Assembly: GCA_903878275.1 (NCBI GenBank)
Contig: CAIRHC010000007.1
Location: 8,727-72,726 of the forward strand
Source: Candidatus Vogelbacteria bacterium
Lineage (GTDB): Bacteria > Patescibacteriota > Minisyncoccia > Phycocordibacterales > XYD1-FULL-46-19
DNA: 64,000 bases
Reading direction: 5' to 3'
In this document: piece by piece, positions 29,701 through 37,378 of the stretch
How positions within the stretch are numbered: position 1 is the first letter of the stretch
How the letters are laid out: each line of letters begins with the position of its first letter
Notes under the pieces: generated by a model
Databases searched by the model: none
The model's input: the letters and a program-made list of their open reading frames with translations, nothing else
Told to the model about the DNA's origin: nothing
Position numbers and translations under genes: made by a program

Positions 29701-30898
29701 TGTCAACACTACTGGTCAATGGTTGTTTCCTGCGCCAAAACCAGGCGAGGGTGCAACTCACGGACCAGTCACCGGGGAAGGGATAGACGTTGTTGGCACC
29801 AACGTATTCAATAATGATGGTTTATCTCAACCTACTTACAGTGGCGTAGGTACGAAAGAGATGACGGTTCAAATAGTATCAGAATATGACATGGAAAATG
29901 TTCTCGTGAGTGACACGGTGCAATACAATTCTGACGGTACGATAAATGTCGATAAAGGAAGAATGGTATTTGAAGCTAACGGTATCCCGAAACAAGATGC
30001 TAACGGAAATGTGACTTGGGGCGTAGGTCTCTTTAATGACGGTGATTTTGACTGGAGTAGTGGTTACAAAATTGTTTGGTCTGAAAGCCGCAATCCTACT
30101 CTTTGGTACACTTTGGCCACTCTTGACAATCTATCTCTTACAAAAGGTGCTTCGGCGAGCTTGTATGACTACAGTGCTGGTCAAAGTACTTTCAATCCAT
30201 ACACCTCCCAGGGTCTCGTTGGTGGTCTTAGTTATGACATGAGTTTTAAAATTGTGAACGGTTCTGGGGTGGCAGTGTCACCTGTCGTGAGAGAGAACGT
30301 GACTATTTTAAAGAAAGATGGCGCTTGCGGTCCTAGTAATACTGCTTCAGGAGTTGTGCCAAATCACGTGTATTCAGTAGCTGGCTATAATAATGAAATT
30401 CGAGCAGATTCTGATTCCTGTTCAGTCGGTACTGTGGCGAGCACATTTACTCTCAATCCTGGTGGTGAACCTGGTTGGACTTGTGGCGGCTCTGGTAGTG
30501 GAACAATCAACCCGTCTCCTGACTGTAAGGGTTACTTTGCTCCGACTGCAAAGAGAGCCCCAACATATACTGTCCCATGGAGGCATACTAATAATGGCTA
30601 TTATGTAAATGTATATGATAATCAACAAATCGACCATGTAAATACTGCCACAGGGGGAGGGCTACCTTGTGTAATACGAGCATTATCAGAATTAGGGAGT
30701 GATCAGATATCTTGGATTGCTGCTAGACTTAACGCCTATGGTGCGAATAGCGGCGGGGCGCTAGAGTTAAAAATAGCTGAACCGGCATACGGGATGAGCA
30801 AGGTAACACTGGCATGGCTGTGTATGGGTGTGGACGAGAACTGGTATGAGGTTCCTAATGCTGGGCAGGTTTATAACCCTCCATTGACCACAGATTAG
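23768..30898 (+). CDS. Giant secreted surface/fibre-like protein (2376 aa)
   Basis: Signal peptide, APT..PP..PINVG N-terminal motif, repeated (GN)VGIG modules, internal ~90-aa duplication, C-terminal DGACG..WTCGG Cys motif. Confidence 0.88.
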   Translation: MSKYQKLIPTLKMLLLVVALLASSTVALADYSAPTDSPPTCNPNTPGCLVPINVGTSSASSQEKKGLLSLGVLSLISGYVDTTLEAAKNMVATIVSDTTSLNIFGRGTFPNRVTKVWDNLWVTGTASSTNVVTTNLYATSTYATHYYCADGGTTCGIGGTAGVKTITGNTGITASSPDSSGNVNLTNTGIVGIEPGNGIEVSSKDSNGKVTITNKNPNAGVSQITSTGGTVKITPTDGGGKGIVNLEVDPTKIVTGVSGLKKSGSITLTGTETDGVYTGEVTIGGGGPGESVWVPNYNDPDQQGHIGVNYPAGAVGIGEHSPNHQLELGTNFTGSTAAQDELFGDMMASFLVLNYFETNPISSVASSRVINALYSVKRAGTDGNTPPYKQTDLYFNENKVATNENINNIIQECINAGSCSSFGDNLWSVSTDANGKKTMAPNGNPDIISLGTVNTGELGATDIKTIGGGLGNITAGRYVYANQGLYLGKPDPSVLGQSSVSQLIGDERILKWEDSPVLTLKNYADYITNLGDNSWIVGDGTISLKTPANKVNIDSKDITIGKMTADNVSDGTVTVLSNLVTKNIDTPNDITAGNINAVYDVKANRVITGQDLQLGLANSIIRQQKIGDTDASALTFLTGGQAAANIYSGGLSVATQYTAASIPPNKGAYIEGSVGIGTQPATDMKLDVVGNIKASDKVLASNLCTVDGANCKSTGDIINNFGGTNVWETSSYPNAVTGPNIQAEYSDARAGNTGVVAKNMNALGSSGFGAIKDYDPTKQAPGAPYVGDPFRDSIRFMAYGSSISEGLDSIKKSGAEIMSGVNMTGGLSITAGAPAGDIRFYAGGRKAENRIMTLTKANGKQYIQAPSATLGVKDITADSVGIGTAAPRGSLDINKGSAMWSSYNYGKQLVLDAGTGQNTGMAIVGDDAKSKNWGITAGSDGESLTISAMPKLDDFSTPPDGFMSFNRATGVSFNKNVGVNGNIQGIGVLADNVTANSVQLAGNGGGDGLTSDSNNKLLWNNTPVGGNNTFIGGDSSWASTTDFLYPNSDQFSKNVGIGTQSPSEKLEVAGNIKATGNISAQEGYFNKLATFGAGAVTFGKHVVSSILQVNGGVDLAVHTGNVGIGLPKIMQAGDSPGNPSAPGIPTAKLDVGGDIKSNSLILNSKNSATDNSGALEVVRIGGVPTVPPSDAVTVSSCQSWRNGYPTNFFTAYDDVQGCNAAVDAGDLVFPHEIIPASGGTPASGGSVSLYFDGKPVGDNAWTKNGNDITNSNTGNVNINSNNITIGRMKSDGYTPDGTTLILSNLETKNLFSYGGISNLGNITTQGNVGIVNNITGYVPRGSLDINKGSAMWSGSNYGKQLVLDAGVGQNTGMAIVGDNGAGKNWGITTTGSGDNLVISAMPGLEYSDTGHQPDNFMNFSRTTGVSFNKNVSITGNVNASGNITGNDVAANTLNVPTITTTNLIASGSVISPVVALTNNSANPVYKSLTMDNSGKLLFGGKPVGDNNWTKDARENISNSNTGLVSVGPVKDYLSSSNIKFAVNGGSMVVSDDLYVGSGGSDPKGELILQGKKGIQFLNSLEISDTAAPNSLYTKNSGSDLYYNGLQINTPPSWNPSGNNISYADTGNVGIGTNAPLGKLDITGGASSIPPSSGVAPATSLALRLHDNSNVVLDFGLNNSNGSWLQTANKTDLNANYPLSLNPNGGGVIIGKNPINGTITAGLTLDVAGAIKGTDVFATHLNVANNDFNPLEPAIKAASYVSGRYGGGYVMRDNTNNYAGMWTDNNGNTLKLSAGGSADSGKLNTTNIMSLNYNGDVDATNFCITRGTKRKCLSDLLFTNSSIKLDSLGVDKNTVSFKISWGKVVVSDTVNWRVAYKDNTGVEKEKYNIPITEAAGEYSGSFEVTGATGNFVLTASLVSGGGIDDSVFAQFYITPPPTPSVNIVYAASEKCPAPITDPNCFLPKFRFDYANIPDHYKAIVNTTGQWLFPAPKPGEGATHGPVTGEGIDVVGTNVFNNDGLSQPTYSGVGTKEMTVQIVSEYDMENVLVSDTVQYNSDGTINVDKGRMVFEANGIPKQDANGNVTWGVGLFNDGDFDWSSGYKIVWSESRNPTLWYTLATLDNLSLTKGASASLYDYSAGQSTFNPYTSQGLVGGLSYDMSFKIVNGSGVAVSPVVRENVTILKKDGACGPSNTASGVVPNHVYSVAGYNNEIRADSDSCSVGTVASTFTLNPGGEPGWTCGGSGSGTINPSPDCKGYFAPTAKRAPTYTVPWRHTNNGYYVNVYDNQQIDHVNTATGGGLPCVIRALSELGSDQISWIAARLNAYGANSGGALELKIAEPAYGMSKVTLAWLCMGVDENWYEVPNAGQVYNPPLTTD

Positions 30899-30935
30899 TA
30901 GCCGGAGGAGGCGAAGCCTTCGCTCTGGGTGCCAC

Positions 30936-31005
30936 AATAGGGGGAGGTCGAACCTCACCTCAAGGTGCCAAATAGGGGGAGGTCGAACCTCACCTCAAGG
31001 TGCCA
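30936..31005 (+). repeat. 35-bp tandem repeat x2 containing the GAGGTCGAACCTC palindrome
   Basis: AATAGGGGGAGGTCGAACCTCACCTCAAGGTGCCA twice; core recurs at ~31728 and ~32865. Confidence 0.88.
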
Positions 31006-31035
31006 AATGTGTTGTAATATAATTTGTTAACGAGG

Positions 31036-31203
31036 CGGGAAAAATGTGTTGTAATTTGCTGACGATAGGATAATTAAAAAAGAAAAAACCACCCCAGGAA
31101 TTTCGCCTAGCAAAATTCCTGGGGTGGTTTAGTTTTCCGGTTTTTGTTTTTTCTCTTTTTTTTACAAAAGACTTCGTTTGGAAATAATGTTTGTGATATA
31201 ATC
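31036..31203 (+). repeat. Cassette-boundary repeat, copy 1
   Basis: AAATGTGTTGTAATTT..GAAAAAACCACCCCAGGAATTT..AAATTCCTGGGGTGGTTT followed by a promoter-like block. Confidence 0.85.
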
Positions 31204-31211
31204 TTCTCAAG

Positions 31212-31601
31212 ATGATAAAAAGATTTTTGGAGTGGCTGGAGTTAAAAGTAAAACTTAATGATTTAGAAAGCGAGCCACCAATCGTTCATGAAAGAGAGCT
31301 TTGGTGGATTAGTTTTGGTGAAAATATTGGTTCGGAAATTGACGGGAAAAGTCAATTGTTTTCTCGTCCCGGTTTAATTCTCAAGAAACTATCCCGTAGT
31401 TTCTATCTTGTTGCTCCGACGACATCTCAAATAAAAACCGGTTCTTGGTATTCAACGATAAAACACAAGGGTAAAGAGATGTCTGTTTGTTTACATCAGG
31501 TCAGAACGGTTGATTGTCGACGTTTATCTAGCTTAATGGGGCAAGTTGACGAAAAAGATTTTACCGTAATCAAAGAGTCATTTTTCAAATTATATCGGTA
31601 A
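31212..31601 (+). CDS. PemK/MazF family toxin with no protein antitoxin
   Basis: ELWWISFGENIGSEIDGK..FSRPGLILKK..APTTS..QVRTVD. Confidence 0.85.
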   Translation: MIKRFLEWLELKVKLNDLESEPPIVHERELWWISFGENIGSEIDGKSQLFSRPGLILKKLSRSFYLVAPTTSQIKTGSWYSTIKHKGKEMSVCLHQVRTVDCRRLSSLMGQVDEKDFTVIKESFFKLYR

Positions 31602-31620
31602 AGTTACTTGAAAAAAATAT

Positions 31621-31665
31621 TCCTCACCTTTTTATGGGTGAGGCCGTGGCTAAATGCCGAATGTA
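31621..31665 (-). ncRNA. Putative small RNA convergent on mazF
   Basis: Minus-strand TTGACT-16-TATACT at 31698-31671; GGC-ATTTA-GCC then CCTCACC/GGTGAGG hairpin. Confidence 0.55.
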
Positions 31666-31745
31666 TTTTTAGTATAGACCTTATTTAAAAAAAGTCAAAT
31701 TTTACTGTTTTAACTCCTCCGAAAGTCGAGGTCGAACCTCATATT

Positions 31746-31837
31746 CGGGAAAAATGTGTTGTAATTTGTCGATGGTAGGCTAATCAAAAAAGAAAAAACC
31801 ACCCAAGGAATTTCGCTAGACGAAATTCCTTGGGTGG
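31746..31837 (+). repeat. Cassette-boundary repeat, copy 2
   Basis: Same motif with a compensatory C-G to A-T change (CCACCCAAGG/CCTTGGGTGG). Confidence 0.85.
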
Positions 31838-31920
31838 AGTTGTTTTTTGGTCAGTTTTATCAACTTTATAAACTTACAGTATTTTGACAAACTTTATAAA
31901 GTTTGCTAATATCAGTTTTA

Positions 31921-32844
31921 ATGACGATTAAAGAAAAATTACAAATTATCAAACAAACTACCGGTTTAACTCAAACCAAACTGGCAGAGCGCTTAGGCGT
32001 GTCTTTTGTCACCTTTAATAGTTGGTGGACGGGGAAAACCTTGCCTCGTTTGAAAAAGCAGGTTCTTATTGGCGAGTTGTTTCTAACCTTAACTGGTCAG
32101 AAAATTATCCCGACCGAACAACTGCTCGCGAAGAAGCAAGCTCTACAAAAAAAATCAGCTGAACACAAGAGTGTTATTTCTGAAATATTAAATAATCCAG
32201 ATCTTCGAGATAGTTTCCTGTTAAAACTTACTTACAATAGTAATAAAATTGAAGGGAGCACTTTGTCTGAATCAGAGACTGCCGCGATTCTTTTTGATAA
32301 CACCGCTTTACCAGACAAAAGTTTAATCGAACAATTAGAAGCCAAAAATCACCAGACTGCTCTTAATTATCTTTTTGATTATATCGCAAAAAATGATGAG
32401 TTGACTGAAAAATTGGTGTTAAAACTTCACAGTATTTTAATGAATGGCATTCGTGATGATGCTGGGGTTTATCGTAACCATGGCGTCAGAATTCTTGGGG
32501 TTGATTTGCCGACCGCTAATTATTTGAAAGTCCCCGAATTGATTCCCGGTATAATTAGGAGGGCGAATAGTAAATCTAAAGATGTCGTGGCTTTGTCGGC
32601 AGAAATTCATAGTCGGTTTGAACAAATCCACCCTTTTTCTGACGGTAACGGTCGGATCGGACGGATTTTGATGACCGCGATGTTGCTTCGGGCAAACATG
32701 GCGCCAGCGATAGTTAAACAGGAAGACAAACAGTTTTATTATGCTTGTCTTTATGGGGCTCAAGTCAAAGAAAACTATAACCAGTTAGAAGATTTTTTGT
32801 GTGATGCCATAACAAACGGTTTTAAAGTCTTGGAGCGAGATTAA
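31921..32844 (+). CDS. Fic family protein with N-terminal XRE-type HTH
   Basis: GLTQTKLAERLGVS; SNKIEGS; HPFSDGNGRIGR; palindrome CAAACTTTATAAAGTTTG in the promoter spacer. Confidence 0.92.
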   Translation: MTIKEKLQIIKQTTGLTQTKLAERLGVSFVTFNSWWTGKTLPRLKKQVLIGELFLTLTGQKIIPTEQLLAKKQALQKKSAEHKSVISEILNNPDLRDSFLLKLTYNSNKIEGSTLSESETAAILFDNTALPDKSLIEQLEAKNHQTALNYLFDYIAKNDELTEKLVLKLHSILMNGIRDDAGVYRNHGVRILGVDLPTANYLKVPELIPGIIRRANSKSKDVVALSAEIHSRFEQIHPFSDGNGRIGRILMTAMLLRANMAPAIVKQEDKQFYYACLYGAQVKENYNQLEDFLCDAITNGFKVLERD

Positions 32845-32890
32845 ACCGAAAGTCGCCGAAAGTCGAGGTCGAACCTCACCTCAAGGTGCC

Positions 32891-33055
32891 AAATGTGTTG
32901 TAATTTCCTGACGGTAGGATAATCAAAAACGAAAAAACCACCCCAGGAATTTCGCTTAGCGAAATTCCTGGGGTGGTTTTAGTCCTCTGGTTTTTATAAT
33001 ATTTTTTCTTTTTTTACAGGAGACTTCGTTTGGAAATAATGTTTGTGCTATAATC
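32891..33055 (+). repeat. Cassette-boundary repeat, copy 3
   Basis: Same hairpin plus GACTTCGTTTGGAAATAATGTTTGTG.TATAATC block shared with copy 1. Confidence 0.85.
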
Positions 33056-33061
33056 AGAAAA

Positions 33062-33241
33062 ATGAAGAAAGAAAATAACTATGCCTTTATTGATAGTCAG
33101 AATTTGAATTTGGCAATTAGATATTTAGGGTGGGAATTGGATTTTGCTAAGTTTCGAATTTATCTAAAAGATTGTTTTGGCGTAGATAAAGCCTATCTTT
33201 TTATCGGTTTTGTAAACGACAATCAACCGCTTTATACTTAA
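33062..33241 (+). pseudogene. Truncated NYN ribonuclease (internal deletion)
   Basis: MKKENNYAFIDSQNL..KFRIYLKD..AYLFIG matches the N-terminus of 12953..13477; stops after 59 aa. Confidence 0.85.
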
Positions 33242-33297
33242 GAAAAAGAGGCATAACCTAGGGACGAAACCCTTCGGGCAGCCTCTTTATCGTGATA
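33241..33297 (-). ncRNA. Putative NYN-associated small RNA, copy 2
   Basis: Minus-strand TTGACA-16-TATTAT at 33330-33303; same fold as the 13461 copy. Confidence 0.6.
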
Positions 33298-33349
33298 GTT
33301 TAATAATAGCAAATATGGCTGATGTGTCAACGTAAGCTTAGTTAAAACA

Positions 33350-33398
33350 TCGAAACCCCACATTGCTGTGGGGTTTCTCGGAGGCCGAAGCCATAATA
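33350..33398 (-). ncRNA. Orphan MazF-type small RNA
   Basis: GGC-TTCG-GCC, TCCGAGAAACCCC hairpin, homologous to the 21644 copy; TTGCTT-16-TATTAT promoter; no mazF ORF beside it. Confidence 0.6.
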
Positions 33399-33509
33399 CT
33401 TATTATAATATACCACTTATTTTTTTAAGCAAGGGCGGGGGCGGTTTAGTTTCCGGTTTTTCTGATCTTTTCTAGCCACATTTCTTGTTTTATGCTAAAA
33501 TTACAGTAT

Positions 33510-33920
33510 ATGGTTATCGATGTGGAAAAAAGAGATGAAATCATTGAATACTGGCGGGAAGGAGCGGGAGAAGCGCTTGAAAACGCTGAATATTTAATGG
33601 AGAAGAAAAGTTTTTCCTATGCTTTATTTTTTGCTCATTTAGCGACAGAAAAAATTCTTAAATCTCTGGTGATTAAGAAAACCAACGACCATGCTCCTCG
33701 GACTCATGATTTACTCTATTTGGTCGGGTTGTCGGGGGTTGATTTATCAAAAAGCCAAGAGAATCTGTTGTTAGAAATTGGTAAATTCAATATTGAAGGT
33801 CGTTATCCAGAAGAAAAACAAGAAGCTTCAAAAAAAATTAACCAAGCAATGGTAGAAAATTATCTAATTAAAATTAAAGAATTATATTTATGGTTATCGT
33901 CGGAGCAGAAAGAAAAATAA
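33510..33920 (+). CDS. HEPN domain protein
   Basis: ALFFAHLATEKILKS..RTHDLLYL..IEGRYP. Confidence 0.88.
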   Translation: MVIDVEKRDEIIEYWREGAGEALENAEYLMEKKSFSYALFFAHLATEKILKSLVIKKTNDHAPRTHDLLYLVGLSGVDLSKSQENLLLEIGKFNIEGRYPEEKQEASKKINQAMVENYLIKIKELYLWLSSEQKEK

Positions 33921-34231
33921 TTAGTAGCGAGGAAATTAAAAAAATCCTGGCTCTTTTTAAAGAAAAGTTGGTGGCAGAAAAAGTGCCTTTTGCGAGCATT
34001 TATCTTTTTGGTTCTTATGCGACAGGCGAGGCTGACCGTGATAGTGATATTGATATTGCGGTGGTGATTTCGCCAAAGGCGAAAATTGACGAGGAGCTCG
34101 TTGACCATTGGCGTTGGTTAGCTAAAGAGATAAATGTTAAGACTGAAGTGCATATTATCAAAACTGAAGATTTTGATAATCGCTATCTATCTTTACCCGC
34201 TTATATTAAAAAAGACGGGATTGTTGTTTAG
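33890..34231 (+). CDS. Minimal nucleotidyltransferase (MNT), HEPN-MNT pair
   Basis: YLFGSYATG..SDIDIAV. Confidence 0.88.
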   Translation: MVIVGAERKIISSEEIKKILALFKEKLVAEKVPFASIYLFGSYATGEADRDSDIDIAVVISPKAKIDEELVDHWRWLAKEINVKTEVHIIKTEDFDNRYLSLPAYIKKDGIVV

Positions 34232-34232
34232 G

Positions 34233-34340
34233 GTAATATAATTTGCTGACGAGAAAATAATCAAAAACGAAAAAACCACCCCAGGAATTTCGCTTAGCGA
34301 AATTCCTGGGGTGGTTTTAGATTTCTGGTTTTTCTGATTT
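34233..34340 (+). repeat. Cassette-boundary repeat, copy 4
   Basis: AATTTGCTGACG..TAATCAAAAACGAAAAAACCACCCCAGGAATTTCGCTTAGCGAAATTCCTGGGGTGGTTTT. Confidence 0.85.
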
Positions 34341-34386
34341 TTTTCTTTCTCTTTTTCTGTTGTTCTGTTAAAATTAAATAAGTTTT

Positions 34387-36141
34387 ATGCCTATCGAAGT
34401 TGGACCACTAAAAAAGTTTTTACTTGATGCTCGCTTGATTTCCAAAAGTGATTTGGAAATTGCCGAGCAGGAATCGATCGAGAAAAAAACTCGACTCGAG
34501 GATGTTTTATTGAACAAGGGGCTTTTATCGGAAGACGATATTCGTCAGGTCAAAGCTTATGTTGGCGGTATTCCGTTTGTCGATTTAAAAAACCAAAAAA
34601 TTCCGAAAGATATTTTGTTTATCGTGCCCGAACCACTCGCTCGCAAGCACAACATAATTGCCTACAACAAGACACCGGCTGGTTTGGAGGTGGCGATGCT
34701 TGATCCGCTTGATCTCGAGCACATTGATTTCATCCGCAAAAGTTCTGGTCTGAAAATTTTACCTCGTCTGACCGACACCGAATCAATCAAAAAAACTTTA
34801 CTGCTCTATCAAAAAAGTTTGAAAGCCGAGTTTGGCGATATTATCCAAAAGGAAACTCTGGCGATTAAAAATTTGGCCAACACTAAAAGTGGTGAAGAAG
34901 TGAGTGCAGTTGAGTTACAAAAGCTTGCTGAAGATTTACCGGTTATTCGCATCGTCGATACGGTTTTGTCGCACGCCATTATGCAAAAAGCGTCGGATAT
35001 TCATATCGAGCCATTTGAAAAAGAAGTTTTGATTCGTTATCGGCTTGACGGCGTGCTTTACGACGCAATGGTCTTACCGAAAGAGACGGCTTCCGGCTTG
35101 GTCGCACGCATAAAAGTGCTGACCAATCTTCGTCTCGATGAAAAAAGATTGCCACAAGACGGGCGTTTCAAAATTCAAAACAAGGATCAGAATGTATCTT
35201 TTCGTGTTTCGACTTTGCCGACCAGCTTTGGTGAAAAGATTGTAATGCGTCTTTTGCCTGATGCGACCAGCGATCTGACGCTCGAGAGTATGGGTTTTCA
35301 CGGGACTGATTTGGAAAAAATCCAGGAAGCGCTCAAACAAACGACCGGGATGGTCTTGGTCACTGGTCCGACCGGTTCGGGAAAATCGACCACAGTTTAT
35401 ACGATTTTAAATATTTTAAATACGCCAGGGGTTAATATTTCCACTATTGAAGATCCGATCGAATATCAGATGCCGAGGATTAACCAAACTCAAGTCAAAC
35501 CAGAAATTGGTCTAACCTTTGCTGGCGGTTTGCGTGCCCTCGTCCGCCAAGATCCAGATATTATTATGGTTGGGGAAATTCGCGATCGTGAGACGGCGGG
35601 GCTGGCTATCAATGCCGCTTTGACTGGCCACTTGGTTTTATCGACCTTGCACACCAATTCGGCGGCGGGCACTTTGCCTCGTTTGCTTGATATGGGTGTC
35701 GAGCCATTTTTGGTGACCTCGACCATTAAAATTGTCATTGCTCAAAGACTGGTTCGACGCTTGACCGACGAAAAAGAAGAATACAAATTGACCGAAGCGG
35801 AACTGGCGGACATTGGCAAACACGCTGATTTGACGGCGGTGCTTGCTTTGCTAAAAAAAGAAAGAATTTTAAAAATGACCGACACTTGGCAAGATGTTAG
35901 TTTTTATCGACCGAAAGCTGGCGTTGATGAAAAAGAAGCCTATACTGGTCGGATTTGTATTACGGAAATTTTAACAATGAATCGGGCGTTGCGCGATTTG
36001 ATTACCGAAAACAAAACCGCCGACGAGCTAGAAGAGTTTGCCAAAAAAGCCGGAATGATCTCGATGCTCGAAGATGGTATTTTTAAAGCGGCACAAGGTA
36101 TTACGTCCATTGAAGAAGTTTTTCGAGCGGTAAGTGAATAA
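34387..36141 (+). CDS. pilB: Type IV pilus / T2SS assembly ATPase (PilB/GspE)
   Basis: ASDIHIEP, RLPQDGRF, GPTGSGKST, RQDPDIIMVGEIRD, TGHLVLSTLHTN. Confidence 0.95.
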   Translation: MPIEVGPLKKFLLDARLISKSDLEIAEQESIEKKTRLEDVLLNKGLLSEDDIRQVKAYVGGIPFVDLKNQKIPKDILFIVPEPLARKHNIIAYNKTPAGLEVAMLDPLDLEHIDFIRKSSGLKILPRLTDTESIKKTLLLYQKSLKAEFGDIIQKETLAIKNLANTKSGEEVSAVELQKLAEDLPVIRIVDTVLSHAIMQKASDIHIEPFEKEVLIRYRLDGVLYDAMVLPKETASGLVARIKVLTNLRLDEKRLPQDGRFKIQNKDQNVSFRVSTLPTSFGEKIVMRLLPDATSDLTLESMGFHGTDLEKIQEALKQTTGMVLVTGPTGSGKSTTVYTILNILNTPGVNISTIEDPIEYQMPRINQTQVKPEIGLTFAGGLRALVRQDPDIIMVGEIRDRETAGLAINAALTGHLVLSTLHTNSAAGTLPRLLDMGVEPFLVTSTIKIVIAQRLVRRLTDEKEEYKLTEAELADIGKHADLTAVLALLKKERILKMTDTWQDVSFYRPKAGVDEKEAYTGRICITEILTMNRALRDLITENKTADELEEFAKKAGMISMLEDGIFKAAQGITSIEEVFRAVSE

Positions 36142-37372
36142 TAAAATGAAGCTTTATTATCGAGCAAAAAAACCAAATGGTGAAGAGGTGACCGGCATTC
36201 GCGATTCGGCAGATCGTTTTGCTTTGGCGCGCGAGCTTCGCGACCAAAATTTAACCGTCTTTTTTGTTAGTGAAGATATCCGAGGGGCTAGTCAGCAAGG
36301 GCGTTTGTCTTTTATTAATTCATTGACTAAACACATCAGCCTGAAAGAAAAAATTATTTTTATCAAAAATCTGGGCGCAATGATTGGTGCGGGCTTGTCG
36401 CTTATTCGGACATTGTCGGTTTTGGAGCGGCAGAGTGGTAGCGGTTATCTGAAAAAAATTATTGCTGATTTGGCGGATAAAATAAATAGTGGGCAAAATT
36501 TAAGTTCGGCGCTAGCAAGTTATCCAAAAGTTTTTTCGGAAATTTTAGTCTCAATGACGGCGGTGGGGGAAGAGACCGGCAAATTGCCCGAGACTTTAAA
36601 AACTGTCAGTGAACAACTGGCGAAAAATTATGATCTTCGACGCAAAGTGTCGGGGGCGTTGATTTATCCGGCGATTGTTATTTTTGCCATCATTGTCATC
36701 GGAATTTTAATGATGGTTTATCTCGTGCCATCTTTGACAGCGACCTTTAAAGATATGAAAGTGGCGTTGCCTTTTTCGACGCAAGCAATGATTTGGTTGA
36801 GCGATTTTTTTGTTAATAATCTCTATTATATTTTAGGAATGATGGCGGTTTCTTTTATCGCTTTTGGCGTTTGCCTGCGTTCGGCCACGGGGCGAATTAT
36901 TTTGGACCGTTTTATTTTAAGTTTGCCGTTTTTTGGGAAAATTACTCGTTGGTTTAATAGCGCGATTATTATGCGCAACGTATCCTCGCTCGTCAGCTCG
37001 GGAGTGAGTATGGTCAAGACGATTGAGATTACCGAACGTGTGACGCAAAATCATTATTACAAAAAAGTGATGAAAGAGGCTTTTGTCAAAGTGCAAAAAG
37101 GGACATCGTTATCTTCTATTTTTAATGATAACCAAAACTTGTTTCCGGTTTTTGTGATTGAATTGACGGCAGTCGGGGAAGAGACTGGTAAATTGCCGGA
37201 GATGCTTTTGCAAGGCGCATTTTTTTATGAAGAGGAGGTGGAGCAGGTGACCAAAAATATTTCGTCGGTGATTGAGCCAATTTTGATGATTGTGATTGGT
37301 GTTGCTGTCGGCTTTTTTGCGGTGTCGATGCTCGGACCGATGTATTCTTTAAGCAGCGCGATTAGTAAATAA
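36134..37372 (+). CDS. pilC: Type IV pilus platform protein (PilC/GspF)
   Basis: Two VGEETGKLPE repeats, ALIYP, IEP. Confidence 0.92.
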   Translation: MNNKMKLYYRAKKPNGEEVTGIRDSADRFALARELRDQNLTVFFVSEDIRGASQQGRLSFINSLTKHISLKEKIIFIKNLGAMIGAGLSLIRTLSVLERQSGSGYLKKIIADLADKINSGQNLSSALASYPKVFSEILVSMTAVGEETGKLPETLKTVSEQLAKNYDLRRKVSGALIYPAIVIFAIIVIGILMMVYLVPSLTATFKDMKVALPFSTQAMIWLSDFFVNNLYYILGMMAVSFIAFGVCLRSATGRIILDRFILSLPFFGKITRWFNSAIIMRNVSSLVSSGVSMVKTIEITERVTQNHYYKKVMKEAFVKVQKGTSLSSIFNDNQNLFPVFVIELTAVGEETGKLPEMLLQGAFFYEEEVEQVTKNISSVIEPILMIVIGVAVGFFAVSMLGPMYSLSSAISK

Positions 37373-37378
37373 AAAAAC

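Noticed and set aside
23768-30898. Prophage tail fibre
   Set aside because: Has a signal peptide and no neighbouring phage structural, terminase or integrase genes
30936-34340. CRISPR array
   Set aside because: The 35-bp units are directly adjacent with no spacers, the larger repeats are separated by whole genes, and there are no cas genes in the window
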